Below, in pieces: positions 15,953-24,587 of a stretch of 45,969 nt of DNA. Numbering within the stretch: position 1 is the stretch's first letter; every line of letters starts with the position of its first letter. A model generated the notes under the pieces. It was not told where the DNA came from. It saw only the letters and a list, made by a program, of their open reading frames with translations, and ran no database searches. This DNA is from Candidatus Omnitrophota bacterium (GTDB lineage: Bacteria; Omnitrophota; Omnitrophia; Omnitrophales; Aquincolibacteriaceae): positions 1 through 45,969 of the forward strand of contig JAQTOZ010000002.1 in the NCBI GenBank assembly GCA_028713205.1. The letters are read 5' to 3'. The translations under genes were made by a program, and so were the position numbers.

Positions 15953-18900
15953 ATGAGTTCATTCCAGTCCGTGATCGATAAAGCTCGCCAGAAGCTGCTT
16001 GCCCAAAAGGATCAAACCGAGGGCCGGAATCCGCCGGCTCCGCCAAGTGCAGAACCTCAAATCTTCGCCGGCTGGAATCATATGCTGGGGGAACTCGGCT
16101 TGTTGCTGGAGTCCTTTGAATCCGTGATTCAAGAGATCGATTCCGAGAAATCCTTTATTCAAAAAATCCGGAATCTCGACGGGAAAAGTGTCCCGGCCTC
16201 CCGTTTTAAAATGGAATCCCTGCGGAAATCGCTGAAGGATGCGATCTTTACCGCGGAGGCCCTGGCGGCGCTCGAAACCCGCCAGATTTTGACCAGCCAT
16301 AGCCGTTTGGAATCGGCCGAGGAGGCCGTCCGGGATTTGGAGAAGAAACTTGGCGAAAATTCGTTTGGCTCGACCCGGGAGGTCGCGCAACTGCGCGAGG
16401 AGCTGAAAAAATCCCGGGAACAAACGGATGATTTGCGCCGCCGGCTGGCGGCATCGGAAACCGATCAGCGCCAGGCCAAAGACCAGATGACGGCTTTGGA
16501 ACTTCGCAAAAACCGTTTCGAAGCCGAACTCCAGGAAATTCGCGGGCAAAGCGGTGACTTCGAAGAAAAATCCGCCGAACTTTTAAAGCAAATCGAAACG
16601 CTGGAATCGGAAAAACACGAGCTTGAATCCAAACACACCCGGTTGGAATTGGAGAAGGCCGAGCTCAAGAGGTCCTTGCTTCAGAAGCAGACGGAGTATG
16701 CGCGTTTTGTGGAAGACAGTGTCCGTTTGCGTCATGAACTTGAAGCGGAGCTTGGCAAGGTGCGCAATGAATCCATTAGCCTGAAAAACGAAGCGAAGGG
16801 CTTGCGAGCGCTCCTGGATATTGTCGAAGCGGACAAACGCGGTCTTGCGGAACAAAAGTCGGCAGCGGAAAAGCAAAAGGCCGAAATCGAAAAAGCCTTT
16901 GCGGATAAAGAACAGGAGTACCGCAGCCGGATGGACGAGAGCGCGCGTTTAAGCGGCGAATTTGAAAGAAAGCTTCTTGCCAAAGAAAAGGAATACGGGG
17001 AACTCGTCGAAGAGAGTTCCCGCACCCAAGGTGCGCTTGAGGCCGAGTTGATTCCGTTGCGCCAGGACATCGAGAAATGGAAAGCGCGTGCCGGAGAACT
17101 TTGGATGCAAGTGGAGACGCTGGAAAAGGGCAGGCAGGAAACCGATTCCACCCGCGCCGCTCTTGAAAAAGAAAAAGCGGATATTCAATCCGAACTCTTC
17201 CGGTTGCGTGACGAGGCCCGGACTTGGCAATCCAAGCATGATGAGATGGCTAACCGCATCGGACTTTTGGAGGTTGTCCGCAGGGATCTCGAAGCCGGTC
17301 AAGCGGCGGTTGCGGAAGAGAAGGGCAGGCTTGAAGCGATGCTCAAAGGGAAGGAAGCCGAGTGTCAGGGGTTGACGGAAGAAAATGCGCGCATGCGGGG
17401 GGAGATCGAGTCCGGGCTGCATGAATCCCTGGATAGGGTAAGGCAGTGGAAGTCTCGGTCCGAAGAATTGAGCAAAGAACTTGAGTCTTTGGAAGCGCAG
17501 AAGCGCGAACTCGAGGAGCAGCGGATCAAATTTGAATACGAAAAGGATGAGCTGCTGCAAAGGTTTAAAATTAAAGACGCGGAATACCGGGAAGTCGTCG
17601 AGCGCAGTGCCCAAATGCAGGGACGGCTTGAAGAAGATCTGCTGCGGTCGCGTGAACAGACCGGTGTTTGGCAAAGCAAGGCCGAAGAACTTTTAAGACA
17701 AATCGAATCTTTGGAAAAGACAAAACTGGAAATCGAGGCGAAGCTTGCGGACGCCCTCCGAGACAATGAAGCGCTCGCTCAGCAGCTGCAGGCGAAGAAT
17801 GCCGAACATCAGAATTTGGTAGAAGAGAGCGCGCGTATCCGGACAGAACTTGAGCGTGCTCTCGGGGATTCCCGGGAGGAATGCGGCAGCTGGAAAAGCA
17901 AGGTCGAAGAGCTGGTCCGGCAGCTTGAGGCGGAAGATGTGCTTAAGCGGGAAATCGAAGCCGATCGTTCTGCGAGAGCTCGGGAGAAAGAGTCCTTTGA
18001 GGAAATGCTCGCGGCCAAAGATGAGGAATACCGGCGCACGGTTGAGGAAAGCGCCCGTTTGCGGGCCGAGTTTGAGGCGGAGCTCCAGAAAACGCGCGAG
18101 GAATCCGGAAACTGGAAGATGAAAGCCGAGGAATATGTTCAGCGGCTTGAACGGATCGAGATCCAGGAACGTGAAATCGAAAAGCAACGGGCTTTTATCG
18201 AAAGCGAAAAGGCCGGGATCGATGAAAAACTTCTGGCCAAAGATTCGCAATATCTGCGTTTACTCGAAGACGGGGCGCAGGGGCGTTCTGCGCTCGAAGA
18301 CGAGCTCCGGCAATCCCGGGAAGAGACGACGGAATGGAAGGGCAAAATCAACGGTTTGGTCAAACAGCTCCAGGCCGTGGAATCCGCCAAGCGGGAGCTT
18401 GAAGAAAAGAAGTCCTTGATGGAAAGGACCGCGGCAGCCGCGGAGGCCAAGTTAGCCGTTCGCGAAGAAGAATTCCGCCGTGCGGGAGAAGAGAGCGCAA
18501 AACTGCGCGGGGCCCTTGAAAATGAATTATGGCAAGTCCGCCGGGACTCGAAGAAATGGGAAAGCGCGGCCGAGAAAGTGATGGTGGAGCGCCGTTTGTT
18601 TGAGCTCGAGAAACAGAAGCTCCAGCGTATCCTGATCAAGGGGCACCAGACGATCGAGGAGTGGCAAAACCGGTATAAAGAGGCCGTGATCGAGCTGGAG
18701 GCATTACGGAAGAATACGGCACCGGGACGGGAGCGGGAACAAAATCTATTTGATGCGCAAAACCGTGAAATCAACAAGTGGAAAGAGGCCTGCCAAGTCC
18801 TCGAGAAAAAGATGGCGGTCGCGCGTGATTTGTTCGTGCAACGTTTAGGCGATTGCGCCGAGGAGATTGATTCTTGGAAGCGTAAGGCCCAGGCGGCGGC

Positions 18901-19168
18901 CGATGCATTGCAAAAGGCATTGGAAAAAGAGAAGCCCCAGGCGGGCCAGGCCGCCAATGAATTCCGGCCGCGACCGGCGCGGGAAAATGTTTATGTGCTG
19001 ACAGAATCAGCGGCGGTTAAGGAAGCGAAGCGGAAGCTTGCCGAGAAAACAGAGAAAGAAGATATCCATAAGATGCAGCCGGTGGCGCCCAATGCGGATT
19101 CGGACAAAGGCAGCCGCAGCAGTATTTTTGAATTGCGCCGCTTTCAGGATATCATCGAAGGGGAATAA
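15953..19168 (+). CDS. Giant coiled-coil protein with tandem 74-residue modules (no recognisable enzymatic domain)
   Basis: Uninterrupted 1071-aa ORF, E/K/R/L/A/Q-rich, with no signal peptide or TM helix. The periodic motifs are described in the findings. Confidence 0.8.
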   Translation: MSSFQSVIDKARQKLLAQKDQTEGRNPPAPPSAEPQIFAGWNHMLGELGLLLESFESVIQEIDSEKSFIQKIRNLDGKSVPASRFKMESLRKSLKDAIFTAEALAALETRQILTSHSRLESAEEAVRDLEKKLGENSFGSTREVAQLREELKKSREQTDDLRRRLAASETDQRQAKDQMTALELRKNRFEAELQEIRGQSGDFEEKSAELLKQIETLESEKHELESKHTRLELEKAELKRSLLQKQTEYARFVEDSVRLRHELEAELGKVRNESISLKNEAKGLRALLDIVEADKRGLAEQKSAAEKQKAEIEKAFADKEQEYRSRMDESARLSGEFERKLLAKEKEYGELVEESSRTQGALEAELIPLRQDIEKWKARAGELWMQVETLEKGRQETDSTRAALEKEKADIQSELFRLRDEARTWQSKHDEMANRIGLLEVVRRDLEAGQAAVAEEKGRLEAMLKGKEAECQGLTEENARMRGEIESGLHESLDRVRQWKSRSEELSKELESLEAQKRELEEQRIKFEYEKDELLQRFKIKDAEYREVVERSAQMQGRLEEDLLRSREQTGVWQSKAEELLRQIESLEKTKLEIEAKLADALRDNEALAQQLQAKNAEHQNLVEESARIRTELERALGDSREECGSWKSKVEELVRQLEAEDVLKREIEADRSARAREKESFEEMLAAKDEEYRRTVEESARLRAEFEAELQKTREESGNWKMKAEEYVQRLERIEIQEREIEKQRAFIESEKAGIDEKLLAKDSQYLRLLEDGAQGRSALEDELRQSREETTEWKGKINGLVKQLQAVESAKRELEEKKSLMERTAAAAEAKLAVREEEFRRAGEESAKLRGALENELWQVRRDSKKWESAAEKVMVERRLFELEKQKLQRILIKGHQTIEEWQNRYKEAVIELEALRKNTAPGREREQNLFDAQNREINKWKEACQVLEKKMAVARDLFVQRLGDCAEEIDSWKRKAQAAADALQKALEKEKPQAGQAANEFRPRPARENVYVLTESAAVKEAKRKLAEKTEKEDIHKMQPVAPNADSDKGSRSSIFELRRFQDIIEGE
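16463..18907 (+). repeat. At least 10 tandem 222-nt (74-codon) protein-level repeats inside the coiled-coil CDS
   Basis: TGG codons at 17225, 17447, 17669, 17891, 18113, 18335, 18557 and 18779 are each exactly 222 nt apart. The lattice extends upstream to the TTC codon at 16559. Confidence 0.85.
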
Positions 19169-19220
19169 CCGGACGAACGGTTTGTCCTCATGCCCTCGAA
19201 TTTCAAATAACCGACAACGT

Positions 19221-20195
19221 ATGACCAAAACTTTTTTTCTGATCTATTTGGCCCTTTTTCTTTTCAGTTCTGCCGATTTTGCTTACGGCGGTGCGGCGGA
19301 CCCGCGGCGGCTCAAGGCGGCGAAAGAAGCTCGGGCCCAGGCGGCTTTGATGCGGGCGCAGGCGGCGCAGGGGCAGCTTTCCCCGGAAATGGTGGCTGCG
19401 TATCAGGCCCAAGCGCAGGGGGGCCCCTCCACCGGGGGTGCGGCGACAGCCCAAAAACCCGGGACTTATGAATCACGTGTTTCGGGGCTTCCCAAACCTT
19501 CGGCTTCTTCGAAATTTCAAATGACGCCGGCGAAACCGGCGCAAAAACAAAGCTCCTTCCCGGTCGCAAAGACAAGTTCGGCTCCGGTGACCGTTTCTGC
19601 GGCACCCAAAGTGACAGTCGTTTCACCCTCTCCGGCGAAACCATCGGAAAGTACCGAGCCGTCTCCTTCGAAAACACAGCAGGTGATTGTCATCCCTCGT
19701 TCGGCCGGTTCTCCGGCCGGTTCGGGTGCGGGAACGCCGACGCAAGCGGTTCAACCCGTCACACCGAAGACGATTGTGTCGGCCTCGAGTCCGGCGACCG
19801 CCGCAAAACCCATTCCGGTGCCCAAGCCGGTGTCTCCCCCGACGTCTTCCGCGCCGGACATTGCCAAAGCGGTTCAGCAAATGAAAGTTACGAGTACCAA
19901 CTGGGGACGGATTCAAAGTCAGGAGACAAAGACGGCCATTGCGGGCTATTTCATCGCGGAATACAAACGGCGGGGCGTGATGATCAAAAACACACCGGAA
20001 TATTACGCCGGTGCGATTGACGAAATGACGCGGCAAAACCCGGATTTTCTTTCACAACCCTTCGACAAACTCCTTCGGTTTGTGTCGGTCATCGACTACG
20101 ATTATGACAACGGGCAAGACAAAGATCAGATGGTGTTACAGTTTCTGGGTCCCGAAGGTGCTAAACGTAACCGTCAGCGGCTTGGCTTGGAGTAA
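19221..20195 (+). CDS. Secreted protein with a long Pro/Ser/Ala/Thr-rich linker and a C-terminal globular domain of unknown function
   Basis: ATG 19221 gives the signal peptide MTKTFFLIYLALFLFSSADFAYG. About 200 aa of low-complexity PSAT-rich sequence follow, then WGRIQSQETKTAIAGYFIAEYKRRG...DYDYDNGQDKD. The track ORF start at 19038 overlaps the upstream gene. Confidence 0.6.
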   Translation: MTKTFFLIYLALFLFSSADFAYGGAADPRRLKAAKEARAQAALMRAQAAQGQLSPEMVAAYQAQAQGGPSTGGAATAQKPGTYESRVSGLPKPSASSKFQMTPAKPAQKQSSFPVAKTSSAPVTVSAAPKVTVVSPSPAKPSESTEPSPSKTQQVIVIPRSAGSPAGSGAGTPTQAVQPVTPKTIVSASSPATAAKPIPVPKPVSPPTSSAPDIAKAVQQMKVTSTNWGRIQSQETKTAIAGYFIAEYKRRGVMIKNTPEYYAGAIDEMTRQNPDFLSQPFDKLLRFVSVIDYDYDNGQDKDQMVLQFLGPEGAKRNRQRLGLE

Positions 20196-20205
20196 GGCGG
20201 TCCGG

Positions 20206-20679
20206 TCAATTCGATAGTTTGCACACGGACACTTTGATGAGCCCGGACCGGGTGTCCGCGATTTTTTGGAAGGCCCCCTTGGTCAAATCAATCAACCGGT
20301 TGAGACGTCTTGCCGGTCCCCGGTCGTTGACGACGCAGATCACCGATTTCCCGTTTTTCAGATTGGTGATTTTCAGGCGGGTCCCAAAAGGAAAATTCCA
20401 CGAAGCGCAAGTCATCCGGGAATCGTCAAAAATTTCCCCGTTCGCGGTTCTCAGGTTGATCATCGGATCGGATTCGCTGTACCAGGAAGCGACCCCGTAA
20501 TATCTCCGGACGGGTTTTACGATTTTGATGATCTTGGGTTTTTCGACTTTTTCCGGAAGCATCTGGATTCGCGGTATGGGGGGTAAGGTTTCCTGTAAAA
20601 CGGAAATCGGTTCCGCGGAGACAAGCGGAACCGCGATCAACATCATTGTTGCCAACGATCGTTTGATGCCAACTTTCAC
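20206..20679 (-). CDS. rlpA: RlpA-like (DPBB domain) septal-ring lytic transglycosylase family protein
   Basis: GVASWYSE...TANGEIFD...MTCASWNFPFGTRLKITNLKNGKSVICVVNDRGP is the RlpA double-psi beta-barrel signature. GTG 20679 is preceded by GGAAAGGAAAA and gives the signal peptide (M)KVGIKRSLATMMLIAVPLVSA. The ORF could extend to 20718. Confidence 0.75.
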   Translation of the reverse strand: MKVGIKRSLATMMLIAVPLVSAEPISVLQETLPPIPRIQMLPEKVEKPKIIKIVKPVRRYYGVASWYSESDPMINLRTANGEIFDDSRMTCASWNFPFGTRLKITNLKNGKSVICVVNDRGPARRLNRLIDLTKGAFQKIADTRSGLIKVSVCKLSN

Positions 20680-21151
20680 GAAAAGTTTTCCTTTCCGGCA
20701 ACCCAACCTCCCGCACACGAGATGTTTTTCGTGTGGTAGGGATTGTGGCTTTGCGTCTCCTGATTTCTCAGGATTTGCCCTTAATTAAAACTTAACATAA
20801 GATTTTAACTTTAGCAAATATCCGGGGTAACAAAACGGTTTATCTTTGAAAAAAGTCATGTGTTCTTTCGATTTTAAAGATCTTTAGTGTCAGGAGCGGG
20901 GCGCATGACTGACAGCATGGGACGTTGGTTTTTCATCCCGGCAGACGTGCCGGGAGATCCGCTTATTCGGGACTGATTTCCATGAATTCGCTGAGGCCGT
21001 CATGTCTGTATCATCATTCATGATCATGAGATACGTGAACAGATGGCCCCTCAGAGTAGATATTTCCCTCACGAAAATAAAACAGACTTGAAGGCCGGTG
21101 GAAGCCGGCATCGGCCATGTTAAAATCAAATCTGATATTAGAACTCCTTTG

Positions 21152-21160
21152 TGGTAAAAT
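21152..21160 (+). promoter_or_regulatory. Possible extended -10 element (TGGTAAAAT) immediately upstream of typA
   Basis: TGnTAAAAT lies at 21152-21160, only 9 nt before the ATG at 21170. No Shine-Dalgarno sequence is visible, and the -35 is weak. Confidence 0.3.
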
Positions 21161-21169
21161 CCGCAACTT

Positions 21170-23017
21170 ATGCCGCATCAAAAGCGAAGAAAAAATGTCC
21201 GCAACATCGCCATCGTCGCGCATGTCGACCACGGTAAGACTACGCTTGTCGACGCCCTTTTAAGGCAATCCGGGGCCTACGAGTTTAAAGAGGGCGAAGT
21301 GACGGTGATGGATTCCAATCCTTTGGAAAAGGAGCGGGGCATTACGATTTTTTCCAAGAACGCTTCCTTTAGTTATAAAGACACACTTTTCAATATCGTG
21401 GATACTCCCGGCCATGCTGATTTCGGAAGCGAGGTCGAGCGTATTCTCAAAATGGTGGACGGTGTGTTGCTGTTGGTCGATGCCTTTGACGGCCCGATGC
21501 CGCAGACGAAATTCGTATTGCGGAAATCCCTGGAACTCCATCTCAAACCGATTCTCGTCGTCAACAAGGTGGACCGGCCCAATGCCAGACCGCATGAAGT
21601 GGTGGATATGACTTTTGATCTTTTTTGCGAGCTCAATGCCAGCGATGAGCAGCTTGATTTTCCCATTGTGTTTGCCTCGGCCAAAGAAGGGTGGGCCACC
21701 CTCGAGATGGATGAACCTTCCAAGGATATGAAGCCGCTCTTGGACACCATTCTTCACCGTGTCCTTCCGCCGATCGCGGACCCCGAGCTGCCTTTTCAGA
21801 TGTTGGTGACGATGCTGGATTATGATTCTTATGTCGGGCGTATGGCCATCGGCAGGATTTTCCACGGCAAAGTGCGTGTCGGTGATTCCTTGGCGCTGGT
21901 CAAACGCGACGGTAGCCTCGGCCGCGGGACCGTCACGAAAATTTTCAAATACCGCGGGCTCAAAAGAGTGGAGGCGGAATCCGCGGAGGCCGGCGATATT
22001 GCGACCATCACCGGCGTGGAAGATGTGCGCGTTGCCGATACCCTGGCCGATCCCGAAAAACCGGAAGCGATTTCCGCCGTTAAAATTGATGAGCCCACGA
22101 TTTCCATGAATTTTGCGCACAGTACCAGCCCTCTCGCGGGAAGGGACGGGGGACGTTTTTTGACCTCCCGGCACATTCGCGAACGGCTCATGCACGAAGC
22201 GATGATGAATGTCGGAATCCGCGTGGAAGAGGTCGCCGGCGAAGACCGCTTCAAAGTTTCGGGACGCGGCGAGTTGCATCTTTCGATCCTGATCGAAACG
22301 ATGCGCCGTGAGGGTTATGAGCTTGAAGTCTCGATGCCGGAGGTGATTATGAAGGAAGTGGACGGCGAAAAACTGGAGCCGGTCGAAGAGGTGGTGATCG
22401 AAGTCGATCCCGGTTATCAGGGGGCGGTGATTGAGGCCCTGGGCGTGCGCAAGGCCGAGATGAAGCAAATGCAGACGAGTGCCGTCGGGACGATACGCCT
22501 GGAATTTCTGATCCCTTCGCGGGGCCTTTTGGGATTTCGAAGCGAACTCCTGCTGATGACCCGCGGGACGGGGATCATGTGCCAGAATTTTTATGACTAC
22601 CAGAAATTCAAGGGAGAAATTACGGACCGCCAAAAAGGTGTGTTGATTTCGCAGGGGTCCGGGAAGACCGTGGCCTATGCGCTTTGGGGATTGCAGGAAC
22701 GCGGGGAAATTTTTATCCATCCGGGCGATGAACTCTACGAAGGTATGATCGTCGGTGTCAATAACAAGGGGCCGGACCTTGTGGTCAATGCCGTTCGCGA
22801 AAAGAAACAAACCAACATGCGTGCGGCCGGTTCCGATGAGGCCATCCAGCTCATCCCTCCGCGCGAAATGACTTTGGAGTTTGCGCTCGAATTTATCACG
22901 AAGGACGAACTCGTCGAAATCACTCCTAAAAATGTACGGCTTCGCAAACGGTATCTCACCGACAATGAACGCCGCATCAAGGCCCGCGGCGGGCACAGCC
23001 GGATGGGGAAGCCGTGA
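21170..23017 (+). CDS. typA: Translational GTPase TypA/BipA
   Basis: NIAIVAHVDHGKTTLVDALL, DTPGHADFGSEVER and NKVDR G-motifs, plus the full-length EF-G-like architecture typical of BipA (615 aa). Confidence 0.95.
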   Translation: MPHQKRRKNVRNIAIVAHVDHGKTTLVDALLRQSGAYEFKEGEVTVMDSNPLEKERGITIFSKNASFSYKDTLFNIVDTPGHADFGSEVERILKMVDGVLLLVDAFDGPMPQTKFVLRKSLELHLKPILVVNKVDRPNARPHEVVDMTFDLFCELNASDEQLDFPIVFASAKEGWATLEMDEPSKDMKPLLDTILHRVLPPIADPELPFQMLVTMLDYDSYVGRMAIGRIFHGKVRVGDSLALVKRDGSLGRGTVTKIFKYRGLKRVEAESAEAGDIATITGVEDVRVADTLADPEKPEAISAVKIDEPTISMNFAHSTSPLAGRDGGRFLTSRHIRERLMHEAMMNVGIRVEEVAGEDRFKVSGRGELHLSILIETMRREGYELEVSMPEVIMKEVDGEKLEPVEEVVIEVDPGYQGAVIEALGVRKAEMKQMQTSAVGTIRLEFLIPSRGLLGFRSELLLMTRGTGIMCQNFYDYQKFKGEITDRQKGVLISQGSGKTVAYALWGLQERGEIFIHPGDELYEGMIVGVNNKGPDLVVNAVREKKQTNMRAAGSDEAIQLIPPREMTLEFALEFITKDELVEITPKNVRLRKRYLTDNERRIKARGGHSRMGKP

Positions 23018-23099
23018 AGTCCGCCGGAAAAAAATTTCAAACGGGCCGGTGAGGATTTAACCGGGTACAGAATCTTGCGGGCCGGACGATAATTTCAAC

Positions 23100-24461
23100 A
23101 TGCGGACCCTTTCAAAACGGACACTGGATTCATTCATCGTTTTTCTTGCCCTTTCTTTGATCGCATCCGGTTGCGTGACCTACAAGCCGCATGCGCCTTC
23201 CGAAACCCCGTTTATGGAGCGGGCGCAAACGCAAACCGACGGGCAGGTCCGCGTGACCGCCGCCGTCTTGAGCGACAAAGAAAGCAAGAAAATTTTCGGC
23301 GTGGCCGTCGCGAAAAAGGGCATTCAGCCGGTTTGGCTCGAGATTGAGAACAAAGAAGCCATCCCCTATATCTTTGTGCCGCGCAGCGTGGACCCGAATT
23401 ATTATTCCTATGAAGAGGCGGCCTACCGCAGTCATCTCAAGAAAATGAAATATTTTGTGGAATACGGCATTCTCGGCATTTTGTTTTTTCCGCTTCTCCT
23501 CGGGATTCCCATCAATATGCTGAATGTCAATTCCAAAAATAAAAAGATGGACCGCTTTTTTAAAGAGCAAGCCTTCCGCCAGAAGGTCATCATGCCGGGT
23601 GAGAAAGGGGCGGGATTTATTTTTGTCACCCTGGATGAAGGGACCAAGATTGTGCCGCTGGAGTTGTTCAGCTCCAAGGGGGTCAGAAATTTTCGCTTTA
23701 CCATCAATGTGCCCGGTGTGACACCGGATTATACGACAAAGGATTATGAAGCCCACTATGCCGAGGAAAAAATAGAGAATTATGACGATGAGGGACTTTA
23801 CCAGGCCTTGCTCAAAATGCCTTGCTGCACGACCAATAAAAAGGGGAACAAGTACGGCGATCCTCTGAATGTTGTGATGATCGGTGATATTGAAAACGTG
23901 GTGGCGGTCCTTGCGACGGCGAGATGGGACCAGACCGAATCGTTGTCGGTCCGGTCGGGGACGGCCATGGCCAAGGCGCTGTTCACGGGGGGGGAGAACC
24001 GCTATTCGCCGATCAGCCCGCTTTATTTTGACGGCCGCAGCCAGGATGTTTCGTTTCAAAAAGCGCGCGAAACGATCAATGAGAGATTGCACATGCGTCT
24101 ATGGTATACGCCGCTGCGTTACCATTCCAAACCCGTATGGTTGGGAACCATCAGCCGTGATATCGGGGTGCGCATGACGTGGCGGACCTGGTATTTTACG
24201 ACACACAAAATCGATTCCGATATTGATGATGCCCGGGACTATCTGCTCGCAGACCTGGCCAGTGCAAGCAACGTCGCCCATTACGGATTTATCCGCATCG
24301 GGCACGCGGTCCCGCCCAGCCATCCCTTCAAGAATTTAACCGGCGATCCTTACTTCACCGATGATTTGCGGATTGTTCTTGATATTTCACCTCAGGATGT
24401 TCCGATGACAACCTTCCCCTGGGAACACTCGATCGAAGATGTGAGCGCCGATAAAGCTTGA
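23100..24461 (+). CDS. Probable lipoprotein with an LssY-like C-terminal domain
   Basis: Signal/lipobox-like FLALSLIASGC. The C-terminal part (GDPLNVVMIGDIENVVAVLATARWDQTE ... RLHMRLWYTP) resembles the LssY_C family. Confidence 0.5.
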   Translation: MRTLSKRTLDSFIVFLALSLIASGCVTYKPHAPSETPFMERAQTQTDGQVRVTAAVLSDKESKKIFGVAVAKKGIQPVWLEIENKEAIPYIFVPRSVDPNYYSYEEAAYRSHLKKMKYFVEYGILGILFFPLLLGIPINMLNVNSKNKKMDRFFKEQAFRQKVIMPGEKGAGFIFVTLDEGTKIVPLELFSSKGVRNFRFTINVPGVTPDYTTKDYEAHYAEEKIENYDDEGLYQALLKMPCCTTNKKGNKYGDPLNVVMIGDIENVVAVLATARWDQTESLSVRSGTAMAKALFTGGENRYSPISPLYFDGRSQDVSFQKARETINERLHMRLWYTPLRYHSKPVWLGTISRDIGVRMTWRTWYFTTHKIDSDIDDARDYLLADLASASNVAHYGFIRIGHAVPPSHPFKNLTGDPYFTDDLRIVLDISPQDVPMTTFPWEHSIEDVSADKA

Positions 24462-24587
24462 GCGCTCAAGTCCGCAAACCTTGATTTCCGGTCTTCCGCA
24501 ATGCTACTCTATGGCACACTCCTGTTCACGCGGAGTTCATCGGATGTACGGAACCGTGATCAAAACCTTGAGCGAGACTGAGAAAGT

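Noticed and set aside
18139-18957. 272-aa Ser/Arg-rich minus-strand ORF, plus several other ORFs inside 15953..19168
   Set aside because: GAA/GAG/AAG-rich coiled-coil coding sequence leaves other frames and the antisense strand open. The 1071-aa sense frame is uninterrupted and carries the conserved periodic motifs.
21260-22996. 578-aa ORF on the minus strand
   Set aside because: It lies exactly antisense to typA, whose product carries unmistakable GTPase motifs. The antisense translation is Arg/Gly/His/Phe-rich with no recognisable domain, so it is a shadow ORF.
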